Source: Candidatus Undinarchaeales archaeon (GTDB taxonomy: Archaea; SpSt-1190; JASMDC01). From it: a stretch of 64,000 bases of DNA. Where the stretch lies: contig JASMDC010000014.1 in NCBI GenBank assembly GCA_030753015.1, forward strand, positions 1 through 64,000, in the 5' to 3' direction. The notes below the pieces were generated by a model. It was not told where the DNA came from. It saw only the letters and a list, made by a program, of their open reading frames with translations, and searched no databases. Shown here piece after piece: positions 55,629 to 64,000 of the stretch. Positions within the stretch are counted from its first letter, which is position 1. Every line of letters begins with the position of its first letter. The translations under genes and the position numbers were made by a program.

Positions 55629-55769
55629 ATGGGAGAACATGAAAAAACCTACGGGTCGTACGTCATGAAGCTCCTTTTCCGGAGGAAGTACGAGGACTAC
55701 GAGGTCTTCCTCAAACGGAACAAGAAGGAGAAGAAGTTCTGGACCGAGAAGGACATCTTCGAAGAGTGA
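55629..55769 (+). CDS. Small charged hypothetical protein, 46 aa, absent from ORF track
   Basis: MGEHEKTYGSYVMKLLFRRKYEDYEVFLKRNKKEKKFWTEKDIFEE; host-like codon bias; TATTTAT box at ~55592. Confidence 0.5.
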   Translation: MGEHEKTYGSYVMKLLFRRKYEDYEVFLKRNKKEKKFWTEKDIFEE

Positions 55770-55884
55770 GCCCTACAAACGTATCACTTGTTCCCGAACG
55801 TTAATACAGCGTTATAGCTGGCGCTGCCCTCCGTTTTATAATGCTTTCCCCCCTCCACTCCCTAATCACAAGGGGGCCACTATC

Positions 55885-56958
55885 ATGCAATACAAAGACC
55901 AGATTCCTGCTATCGTGATCTCTGAAGGCGGCTTCGGAGACGGTCTGGGCAAGAGCGCCAACGGTCTCGCCCGCTTCTCGCGTAAGTACGCCCTCATGGG
56001 CATCGTCGACAGCAGACATGTAGGAAAGACCGCAGACCAGGTTCTCGAGGCGGCCAAGCCGATCCCTATCTTCGGTTCGATGGAGGAGGCCTATGAGAAG
56101 GCCGAACAAAAGCCACAGTGCATCATCATGGGGCTGGCTACCTACGATGGGATGTTCCCCCAGGAGTTAAGATCAATCTTCATCAAGGCCATGGAGATGG
56201 GCATGGACGTGGTCAACGGTCTCCACGAGTTCCTTACCGAGGACGAGGAGTTCATCCGGGTCATGGAACGGACCGGGAGGGATATCTGGGACATCCGCAA
56301 ACCGCCGAAGAAGCGCGAGATGAGAGTGCTCAACGGCGAGATCTACAAGAAGAAGACGCCGGTTGTGCTCCTCCTTGGTACCGATGGCGGTGTCGGAAAG
56401 CGCACGACCCAGATGTTCATGTTCGAAAAGCTCGAGGACCTCGGGATTTCTGTCCGCCTCGTAACAACGGGCCAGACCGGCGCCATGCAAGGGGCCCGGC
56501 ACCGCGTGGCCGTGGACGCTCTCCCGGCCGAGTTCATCTCGGGGGCCGTTGAGCGAAAGGTTGTCGATGCGTGTGAGCACGGTGACATCGTCATCGTGGG
56601 AGGTCAGGGGGCCCTGGATCATCCTGCTTACATCACAACGGCTTATATCATCCGTGGTTCGAATCCCGATGCGATCATCCTCCAAGTGCCGCCAGCACGC
56701 AAGACCCGGGCCGGTTTCTCCCAGTTTGAGCTCCCACCCGTGAAGGAGGCCATGTCCCTCATCGAGCACTTCGCCGGGACCAAGATCGTGGCCATATCCA
56801 TCAACCATGAAGGTATGAGCCGTGAGGAAGTCGACGCAATCGTGAAGGAGTACGAGGAGACCTTTGGTATCCCCACGTTCGATCCGATCTGGCACGGTGT
56901 CGATAAGGCCGTGGACACGATTGTCGGACTGTTCCCGGAGCTCACTCCTAATAAATGA
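55885..56958 (+). CDS. DUF1611 family P-loop protein
   Basis: KSANGL.R, GMDVVNGLHEFL, GTDGGVGKRTT, TGQTG, GQGALDHPAY. Confidence 0.9.
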   Translation: MQYKDQIPAIVISEGGFGDGLGKSANGLARFSRKYALMGIVDSRHVGKTADQVLEAAKPIPIFGSMEEAYEKAEQKPQCIIMGLATYDGMFPQELRSIFIKAMEMGMDVVNGLHEFLTEDEEFIRVMERTGRDIWDIRKPPKKREMRVLNGEIYKKKTPVVLLLGTDGGVGKRTTQMFMFEKLEDLGISVRLVTTGQTGAMQGARHRVAVDALPAEFISGAVERKVVDACEHGDIVIVGGQGALDHPAYITTAYIIRGSNPDAIILQVPPARKTRAGFSQFELPPVKEAMSLIEHFAGTKIVAISINHEGMSREEVDAIVKEYEETFGIPTFDPIWHGVDKAVDTIVGLFPELTPNK

Positions 56959-57047
56959 CGAAGGAGGCGCCCGTGAGTGGCCACCAACAGTATTAGCAGT
57001 CTTTGCCAGTTCATCACGAGCGGACGGTCCCGCGGAGCTTGATGAGA

Positions 57048-57947
57048 ATGGGAACGCCGTTGTTCTCGGTCATCATCCCGTCCATGGACAATAGCGATAC
57101 TCTGGAAAAAGTACTTGGAGCGCTCGTACGCTCTACGTTCAAGGACTTCGAGATCATCATCGTTCACGAGGGGGTACTTGAACCACATCTGCTTGCTGAC
57201 CATAAGGGCATCCCCATCACGGTCCTTAGGACCGACGGTCGATTGGGAGCCGGTCATGCAAGGAACATCGGGGCGAAGAAAGCGCAAGGCGAGGTCCTGC
57301 TCTTCCTCGATGCCGACGTGAAAGTCACTCCTGACACGCTCCAGATGATAAAGGACGACCTTGAGAACAAGGACATCTCGGCCGTCCAGACGGTGTACTC
57401 GAAGGATTGTCCTGTGGACAACTTCGCATCACAGTATCGGAACATCTACGAGCGCTATATGTTTGACAGGATCGATGAGAAGTACATTCAGGCCGCAAGC
57501 ACTCACTGCTTCGCTGTCCGCAAGGACCAGTTCATCGCGTTCGATGATGATCTCTTGACGGCAGAGGACGATGTGTGGGGATTCAGGTTGTATAAAAAAG
57601 GCCTGAGGATCCTATTGGATAAAGGTATCGAAGTAATCCATCTTAGGAAGTTCACGTTGTCGAGCATGCTCAAACGGAGCCTCATGATCTCCCGGTACAA
57701 GGCGATATCGGTCAAGCACTACAGGGAACAGGTCCAGATGGCTCCGAAAGCATCTCATCATCACTGGGGTAAGCTCCTCGGGGTCGTACTCTCTCCAGTG
57801 CCGCCTCTCTTTTGGATAGTCAATATCGGTTTCTTCGGTCTCGTATATCGGGAGAAAGGTCTCGGATTCCTGATGAACACGGTCATCTTTCACGAACTGA
57901 ACTTCTTGATGTTCCTATGCGGTATCATCTGGGGATTGATATGTTAG
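57048..57947 (+). CDS. Glycosyltransferase family 2
   Basis: FSVIIP, ARNIGA, LFLDAD, AEDD, C-terminal hydrophobic helices. Confidence 0.9.
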   Translation: MGTPLFSVIIPSMDNSDTLEKVLGALVRSTFKDFEIIIVHEGVLEPHLLADHKGIPITVLRTDGRLGAGHARNIGAKKAQGEVLLFLDADVKVTPDTLQMIKDDLENKDISAVQTVYSKDCPVDNFASQYRNIYERYMFDRIDEKYIQAASTHCFAVRKDQFIAFDDDLLTAEDDVWGFRLYKKGLRILLDKGIEVIHLRKFTLSSMLKRSLMISRYKAISVKHYREQVQMAPKASHHHWGKLLGVVLSPVPPLFWIVNIGFFGLVYREKGLGFLMNTVIFHELNFLMFLCGIIWGLIC

Positions 57948-58999
57948 GCAAGATCGTGTCGAAAAGGGATGCTCTTCCGGAGTACGTCACTCTCTTCGTC
58001 ACGAACAAATGCAATTGTAGATGCACACACTGCTTCCTTTGGAAGGAGCTCAACGATACCGAGGGCGAGCTCAACCTGGATGAGATCGAGCTTTTGTCCA
58101 AGAGCATGGGGCGCTTCGCCGTCCTCTCGCTGACCGGTGGGGAACCCCTCCTGAAAAAGGACCTGCTCGACGTCATCAGGACGTTCCACCGAAACAACAG
58201 GATGCGGTACCTCGTGATCCCCACCAACGGAACGGTCCCGGCACGCGAGCTTGTCGAGAGGGTGCTTGAGGATTGTCCCGGGCTCAGGATCAGGGTGTTC
58301 GTGAGCATTGACGATATCGGTGAACGTCACGACCTGATCAGAGGGCACGAGGGCGTTTTCGACAAGGCTGTAAAGACGTTCAAGGAGCTGCGCTCGATCG
58401 GGAACGAGCGACTGGAGCTCGGCACGATAACGACCTACTCGAGATTGAACGAGGACAGGATATTCACCATCCTCGAATGGTTGAGAGAGAACCTACGACC
58501 CGACATCACGAACTTCCCGCTCGTACGCGGTGATGTCTCGAATCCTACGATCACTGATATCGACATCGCCATCTACGAGAGACTGATGGAAGACGTGTTC
58601 CGGAGGACAAGCGGTAATCTTGTCGAGAGTGCCAAGGAGGTGATGACCCAGCTCACGATCCAGACGGTGAGGGAGAACAGGTACATCACACCGTGCTACG
58701 CAGGCAGTATCAACGCCGTCATCCGTGCCAACGGGGACGTCTACCCTTGTGAGCTCCTGGACCTGAGGATGGGTAATCTTCGGGAGAACGATATGGACTT
58801 TAGGAAGTTATGGTCGTCAAAGAAGGCAATCAGTGTCAGGGAGCGGATAACGAGCATGAAGTGCTTCTGCACACATGGATGCAACATGCTACCGAACGTG
58901 CTTTTCAATCCACGATACCATCCCCGGGTCATCTGTGTGTACCTCAGGAACCTGTTCTCGGGTAGCGATAGCGACGCTCCGGTCGATACGGACCGGTAG
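57941..58999 (+). CDS. Radical SAM protein with SPASM/twitch domain
   Basis: CNCRCTHC, LTGGEP, CYAG...GDVYPC, CFCTHGC; overlaps the GT2 stop. Confidence 0.92.
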   Translation: MLGKIVSKRDALPEYVTLFVTNKCNCRCTHCFLWKELNDTEGELNLDEIELLSKSMGRFAVLSLTGGEPLLKKDLLDVIRTFHRNNRMRYLVIPTNGTVPARELVERVLEDCPGLRIRVFVSIDDIGERHDLIRGHEGVFDKAVKTFKELRSIGNERLELGTITTYSRLNEDRIFTILEWLRENLRPDITNFPLVRGDVSNPTITDIDIAIYERLMEDVFRRTSGNLVESAKEVMTQLTIQTVRENRYITPCYAGSINAVIRANGDVYPCELLDLRMGNLRENDMDFRKLWSSKKAISVRERITSMKCFCTHGCNMLPNVLFNPRYHPRVICVYLRNLFSGSDSDAPVDTDR

Positions 59000-59010
59000 T
59001 CAATATGGGC

Positions 59011-60501
59011 CTAATGTTTAGCCCAGTCCCCGCTACGGCGCACGGCGTCCTGCCATCGGTCGTATAGTGCGTCCCGGTCGATGTCCTTCGGACTAAAAGT
59101 CTCGTCGGCCTGCCATAGCGAACGGATCTCGTCAAGACCGTCCCATACGTCAACTGCCAGTCCGGCAAGGAATGCCGCCCCAAGAGCGGTCGTCTCGAGC
59201 ACGCGCGGTCGCACGACGTCGACACCGAGGATGTCGGCCTGGAACTGCATCAGGAAGTCGTTGCGGGCCATGCCCCCATCCACGGTGAGATGCTTGGTTG
59301 GAGTTCCCGTGTCCCGCTCCATCGCTCCGACCAGGTCCCGGGCCTGGAACGCGACGGACTCGAGCGCAGCACGCACTATGTTGGCGCGTCCGGTGTCCCG
59401 CGTGATTCCGATGAGCAGACCACGGGCGTACTGGTCCCAGTGGGGTGCGCCCAGTCCGACGAAGGCCGGGACGAGGTAGAGCTCAGAGTGCTCTACGCTC
59501 TCCGCCATGGTGGCGGTCTCCTTGGCATGGTCGATCATGTTCACGCCATCGCGTAGCCACTGTACAACGGCCCCCGCGATGAACACGCTCCCCTCGAGTG
59601 CGTAGTTGGCCTTTCCTTCCTCGAGGCTGTAGGCCACGGTCGTGAGCAGACGGTTGTTGGAGGGAACTGCCTTGCGTCCGGTGTTTAGCAGAAGGAAGCA
59701 GCCAGTGCCATATGTGTTCTTCATCTCGCCTTCTTCGAAGCAGCACTGCCCGAACAAGGCACCCTGTTGATCGCCAACGACACCGCAGAGGGGTACTTCT
59801 GCCCCCACGATGGCGGGATCGGTATAACCGTAAACTTCGCTGGACGGCCGCGCCTCAGGGAGCAAGGCCATGGGGATATCGAGGATCTTGCAGAGCTCCT
59901 CGTCCCAGGCGAGCTTGTGGATGTTAAAGAGCATGGTTCTCGAGGCGTTCGTGTAGTCCGTCTTGTGGACCTTCCCTCCGCTCAGTCGCCAGAGGAGGTA
60001 TGTGTCCACTGTACCGAAGAGGAGGTCGCCACGTTCGGCCCGTTCCCGTGCACCGGGAACGCTGTCCAGGATCCACTTGACCTTGGTGGCCGAGAAGTAC
60101 GAGTCGGGGATGAGGCCGGTCCTTTGTGTGAACAGTTCTCCGTGACCGTCCGCGACCAGCTTGTCCACGATGCCCGAAGTGCGCCGGCACTGCCACACGA
60201 TAGCGTTGTGCACAGGCTTTCCGGTCTTCCGGTCCCAAACGATGGTGGTCTCCCGCTGATTGGTGATGCCGATACCGGCGATCGAGCTCAGGGAGATCTT
60301 TCCCCTGTCGAGCGCTTCTCGCAGGGAGGCGCGCTGGGCAATGAAGATGTCCTCGGGTCGGTGCTCCACCCATCCGGGCTTCGGGTACACCTGTTCGAAC
60401 TCCAACTGGCCGGACGCGACCTCACGCCCCTCTGCGTTCCAGATCACCGCCCTAGCGCTGGTCGTCCCTTCATCGAGCGCGATAACATACTTCTTCGTCA
60501 T
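59011..60501 (-). CDS. glpK: Glycerol kinase
   Basis: ALDEGTTSAR, GITNQRET, WQCRRT, YFSATK, GDQQ, KNTYGTG, PAFVGLGAPHWD, VDGG. Confidence 0.98.
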   Translation of the reverse strand: MTKKYVIALDEGTTSARAVIWNAEGREVASGQLEFEQVYPKPGWVEHRPEDIFIAQRASLREALDRGKISLSSIAGIGITNQRETTIVWDRKTGKPVHNAIVWQCRRTSGIVDKLVADGHGELFTQRTGLIPDSYFSATKVKWILDSVPGARERAERGDLLFGTVDTYLLWRLSGGKVHKTDYTNASRTMLFNIHKLAWDEELCKILDIPMALLPEARPSSEVYGYTDPAIVGAEVPLCGVVGDQQGALFGQCCFEEGEMKNTYGTGCFLLLNTGRKAVPSNNRLLTTVAYSLEEGKANYALEGSVFIAGAVVQWLRDGVNMIDHAKETATMAESVEHSELYLVPAFVGLGAPHWDQYARGLLIGITRDTGRANIVRAALESVAFQARDLVGAMERDTGTPTKHLTVDGGMARNDFLMQFQADILGVDVVRPRVLETTALGAAFLAGLAVDVWDGLDEIRSLWQADETFSPKDIDRDALYDRWQDAVRRSGDWAKH

Positions 60502-60647
60502 GGTCCACCTCACCCCTTACGACAGAAACGACCGATGTCGTCTGCATCGTCCCGCGCCATCGAGCACAACACCAACGGTTAAAAAGCTCACGGCGGGCCG
60601 CCCGCTCGGGACGAACAAATAAATAGGTGTAATGGGTGTTACTCCAT

Positions 60648-61517
60648 ATGGAGGGTACCTCTCGCACGTCCATCGCCCTCCTAGTAATATGGCTTCTATG
60701 TCTGCTCCTGGCCGCCTCCGCTGCACAAGCGGACGCGTGGGACTGCAGTTCACTCCCCAAGGGAACGTCTCATGGGCTCTGTATCTTCCAGCGGGCCGCT
60801 GCCGATAACGATTCAAGCGCGTGCGCGGGCATCGTGAACGACACCCTCCGAGAGACCTGCCTTCTCCACACGGGACCGGGACAGCCAGGTGGGGAAGCGG
60901 TCTGCAAGGACATCGTCCAGGACCAAGGACGAGATAGGTGTTACTGGGCACGGGCCCTCGGCCAGGGTGAAAGTAGGTTGTGCGAGAGTATCAGTAATCA
61001 TTTTACCCGCGACGCTTGTCGCACCCAGGTGGGCTCACAGATGGCCGATGTCGACCTATGCATGAAGGTAGTCGACACGGGTTGGCGCGCTCATTGCCTA
61101 TTCAACGTCTTCGGCTCCGGACGTCCCCGCTCCACCCGACACACTGACGACGTAGAACTGGTCTCCGAAGCCTTCGTACATGGCGACATCGTGGCATGTG
61201 GCGGTACCAAAGAGCCTCAGCTCGGGGCGTTCTGTCGGATCGCTCTCATCGTACGGTCCGGTGACGTGACCCCCTGTAGGACCGTTCCCTCCGAATCCTG
61301 GCGGGACATCTGCGTGGAGCTCATGGCGCTGCGCGGTGTCCCGGACGAGGCGTGCGCCAGCATCACGGACGCGTACCACCGCGATATCTGCTATACGAAC
61401 GGACCGATGTCCCTCAGCGATGTGACACGATGCAACATGATCCGTGACGCTGCACTCAGGTCGACATGCAATTCTGTCCGTACGAACTGGGTCCCCGCAC
61501 TGGCACCTGACCGTTAG
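60648..61517 (+). CDS. Secreted Cys-rich repeat protein
   Basis: Signal peptide then repeats C..I.....RD.CY; same repeat type as 21740..22723. Confidence 0.7.
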   Translation: MEGTSRTSIALLVIWLLCLLLAASAAQADAWDCSSLPKGTSHGLCIFQRAAADNDSSACAGIVNDTLRETCLLHTGPGQPGGEAVCKDIVQDQGRDRCYWARALGQGESRLCESISNHFTRDACRTQVGSQMADVDLCMKVVDTGWRAHCLFNVFGSGRPRSTRHTDDVELVSEAFVHGDIVACGGTKEPQLGAFCRIALIVRSGDVTPCRTVPSESWRDICVELMALRGVPDEACASITDAYHRDICYTNGPMSLSDVTRCNMIRDAALRSTCNSVRTNWVPALAPDR

Positions 61518-63124
61518 AATTGCCGGGCGATTACAGCCGGATAGCACATGCGCGCGTCCCCTGTGCAGCGTACGTGCTGGTCCGTTATATACTCGACCGA
61601 CCACTCCGCGTCCAACCGTGGGGCCACTGGTAGCAGCGAAGGTGAGAGAAGGTCCACACGGGCCTGATGGACCGCGGGCACGTCCTCCGACATGAACGGG
61701 ATGTGAAGAGCGTACCGCGCATCAGGGGGTGCGTCCACGTAGCCTGCTGCGGCCACGAACACGACCACTGCGGCAAAAGCCGCGAGATATGCCCGCACCG
61801 CCTCGCGACGTTCCATCCGGAGGAGGAGCGCCAGCCCCCGGCCCACAGCGAGCCCTAGCGGCGGGAGAGCGATGAACAGGAGCGATGTCTTGGGGGGGGC
61901 CCAGTTCTCGTTGAGGCCGAGGAACGTGAGCATGAGCAGGGTCCATGTCAGTAGGACGGGCCCAATTTCGTCCTTCCCACGCAGTACAAGACCAGCGGCC
62001 GCCAAGGGCGCAGCGACCAGTCCGAGTGTCCGGACCACGAGGAGAGGTAGGTAGAGGAACGATGGGAAAGGATAGCCCGGCGTCCGGACCACGACAGCAT
62101 AGAAGGGGGCGTTGAGCATACCGTACATGCAGAAGGAGAAAGGACCAAGGACATGGCGATACTGAGGAGGGCATTCATCCGCAGGGAGGGGACTGGTGTG
62201 TGCTTCGTGCACCAGGATCCGACCGAAGTTGAGCTGGTGGCCGAGCAACACGGGCGCGACGACAAGAGCGGCGCCCGTGCAGAAAGCGAGGAAGCGGGGT
62301 CCCCGTAGACCCGCCCCCCTCACGAGGTGGACAAGAACGGGAACGGTCAGGAGAACCGCTTCCTTCCGGTAGAAGTAGCAACTGCCGAGCGCAAGTCCAA
62401 CAAGGAGCCACTGGCGTGGCGAGCGAGCCTTGACGATTAGGTGTAGGAGGGCACATCCACCGAAGAGCGCGAGGAATGCGGTGATGAACGAAGCGAAGTT
62501 GAGCACCGTCCCGTTGAGCGAAAGGACCAGTGCGGCCACAAGGGAGGGGACAGGACTACTGGTAAGTGCACGTCCCGCGGAGTAGGTCAGCAGGAGGATG
62601 AGCCCGAGCACGGTCCCCATCACGAGGGGCTCGTTCGCAGGTCCCAGCAATGTGAGCATTGTATGCTTGTAGAGCGTAGCCCCGAGCGGGCGCATGCCGA
62701 AATGGAACGCTCCCGCACCCGTTACAAGGGGCAAGGTGTCGCCAGCGGCCTCGAGCTCCACAGGGACCGCCACGATGTTCCAGATAATGATGGCACTGGC
62801 GGCGGCGACTGCGAGCGCGTCGAAACGGTCGCTCTTCGATACCTGTACGCGACCACCAGTGAGAAGAGCACAGGCCACTGTGATGGCCACAGCGACCGCC
62901 ATCAGGAGCATGAGGCTAACTGGAAGGTACCCTACAAGGAAGAGTAGATAGGCACCAAGGGGTACCACGAGAATCCCCATGGTGAGTGAAAGAGCGCACC
63001 ATTCGAGGACCTTCCCGCGCCAGCGAGCCGCTCGGAGCAGCGATGCCCCGGGGAGCGCGAGCACGGGGAGCAGGAGGAAGACCCGGAACAGGCTTACAAC
63101 GGTCCACACCACGATAGAGCCCAC
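61514..63124 (-). CDS. Polytopic membrane protein, GT-C (PMT/ArnT-like) glycosyltransferase candidate
   Basis: More than 10 TM segments; GLALG...RKE pattern. Family assignment is tentative. Confidence 0.55.
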   Translation of the reverse strand: MGSIVVWTVVSLFRVFLLLPVLALPGASLLRAARWRGKVLEWCALSLTMGILVVPLGAYLLFLVGYLPVSLMLLMAVAVAITVACALLTGGRVQVSKSDRFDALAVAAASAIIIWNIVAVPVELEAAGDTLPLVTGAGAFHFGMRPLGATLYKHTMLTLLGPANEPLVMGTVLGLILLLTYSAGRALTSSPVPSLVAALVLSLNGTVLNFASFITAFLALFGGCALLHLIVKARSPRQWLLVGLALGSCYFYRKEAVLLTVPVLVHLVRGAGLRGPRFLAFCTGAALVVAPVLLGHQLNFGRILVHEAHTSPLPADECPPQYRHVLGPFSFCMYGMLNAPFYAVVVRTPGYPFPSFLYLPLLVVRTLGLVAAPLAAAGLVLRGKDEIGPVLLTWTLLMLTFLGLNENWAPPKTSLLFIALPPLGLAVGRGLALLLRMERREAVRAYLAAFAAVVVFVAAAGYVDAPPDARYALHIPFMSEDVPAVHQARVDLLSPSLLPVAPRLDAEWSVEYITDQHVRCTGDARMCYPAVIARQF

Positions 63125-63125
63125 C

Positions 63126-63587
63126 TCATTCCTCCGAGCCCTTGCTCAATCGCAAGCCCAGAGCACGTCCAAGGTCCCGGAGCCGTGCTTCATCCTTCGT
63201 CCCCGGTTGCCCCTTGACGAGCACTCCGGGACAGATCCTCACGAGCCCGACAGATGTGCTCAGTCTTTCCAACACCTTGACGACCTTCCCACCACCTCCG
63301 TGAGTACCGAACGCCACGAAAGGCTTACCATCGACGCGAGTGTCGCGGTATACCCGGTCGAAGAAGCACTTCACCTCTCCTGAGACATAGGAAAAGAAAT
63401 CAGGGCTCCCCAAGGCGATCCCGTCCATCCTGTCAAGGATATCCGGATCGAACATATCAGCAGGAACGGTCTCGACGCTCACACCTTCCACACCGAACGC
63501 ACCCTGGGCGACGAGCTCGGCGGCCCGCCGGGTGTTCCCCGAGCTCGAATGGTAGAGCACAAGGATGCGGCGACCGGGGGTCGACAT
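63126..63587 (-). CDS. Flavodoxin family protein (WrbA-like)
   Basis: YHSSSGNT, GIALGSP, KCFFDR, FGTHGGGG. Confidence 0.9.
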   Translation of the reverse strand: MSTPGRRILVLYHSSSGNTRRAAELVAQGAFGVEGVSVETVPADMFDPDILDRMDGIALGSPDFFSYVSGEVKCFFDRVYRDTRVDGKPFVAFGTHGGGGKVVKVLERLSTSVGLVRICPGVLVKGQPGTKDEARLRDLGRALGLRLSKGSEE

Positions 63588-63681
63588 GGGGAACAGTGGC
63601 GCGGTGAAGCTTTTTATGTCCTCCGTGACCGGTCTCCGACCCAAACACATACTTTTAAGCACGGACATGCCCACGGCCTAC

Positions 63682-64000
63682 ATGTTCATCGCCAAGGCCG
63701 AGGACGTTGACGAGCGCCCCGTGGAGATGGAGGGTGCCCGGGACATCACCATCCGATGGCTCATCGATCCAAAAGTGGGTGCAGAGAACTTTGCCATGCG
63801 CCTCTTCCGTCTTGAGAAGGACGGCTACACCCCATACCACCAGCATGACTGGGAGCATGAGGTCTTCGTGCTCCGGGGCGATGGTATCGTTCGGACCGAG
63901 GAGGGCGACCACAAGCTCGGCCCACGAAGCGTGATCTTCATGCCTGGCGGTAAGTGGCACCAGTTCCTCAACTCCGGTCCCGAGGAGTTCGAGTTCCTCT
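63682..64000 (+). CDS. Cupin domain protein, 3'-truncated by window edge
   Basis: MFIAKAEDV...IRWLI...NFAMRLF...TPYHQHDWEHEVFVLRG...WHQF. Confidence 0.9.
   Translation, partial: MFIAKAEDVDERPVEMEGARDITIRWLIDPKVGAENFAMRLFRLEKDGYTPYHQHDWEHEVFVLRGDGIVRTEEGDHKLGPRSVIFMPGGKWHQFLNSGPEEFEFL

Overview
A GC-rich archaeal chromosomal window. Evidence: TATA/BRE promoters, GGTGA-type RBSs, an A1-U72 initiator tRNA-Met, rtcB, rnhB, ribL, cysS, AlaX, class III prepilin-like genes and an archaeosortase. The Cys-rich surface repeats and GT3 glycogen synthase resemble uncultured DPANN-like lineages, but that placement is inference only. Most of the window is housekeeping and carbohydrate genes. Two loci stand out. 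(1) 45.6-55.6 kb: a tightly coupled five-gene operon headed by a divergent tubulin/FtsZ-family GTPase (GQCG and GGGTGSG motifs) and followed by four membrane-anchored extracellular proteins. It is transcribed head-to-head with a protein carrying a Zn ribbon and four tandem ubiquitin-like domains, a candidate undescribed cytoskeleton-envelope system. (2) 1.6-3.6 kb: two homologous attC-like imperfect inverted repeats separating cassette-like cargo (cupin, a frameshifted gene, a reversed RelBE-type TA module), i.e. a decayed integron-like cassette array with no integrase in the window. Also present: a candidate stand-alone structured ncRNA, a structured 5' leader, tandem paralogous orphan genes, two small ORFs missed by the ORF track, and probable CTG/ATA start codons. 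All assignments come from reading motifs by eye; no searches were run.
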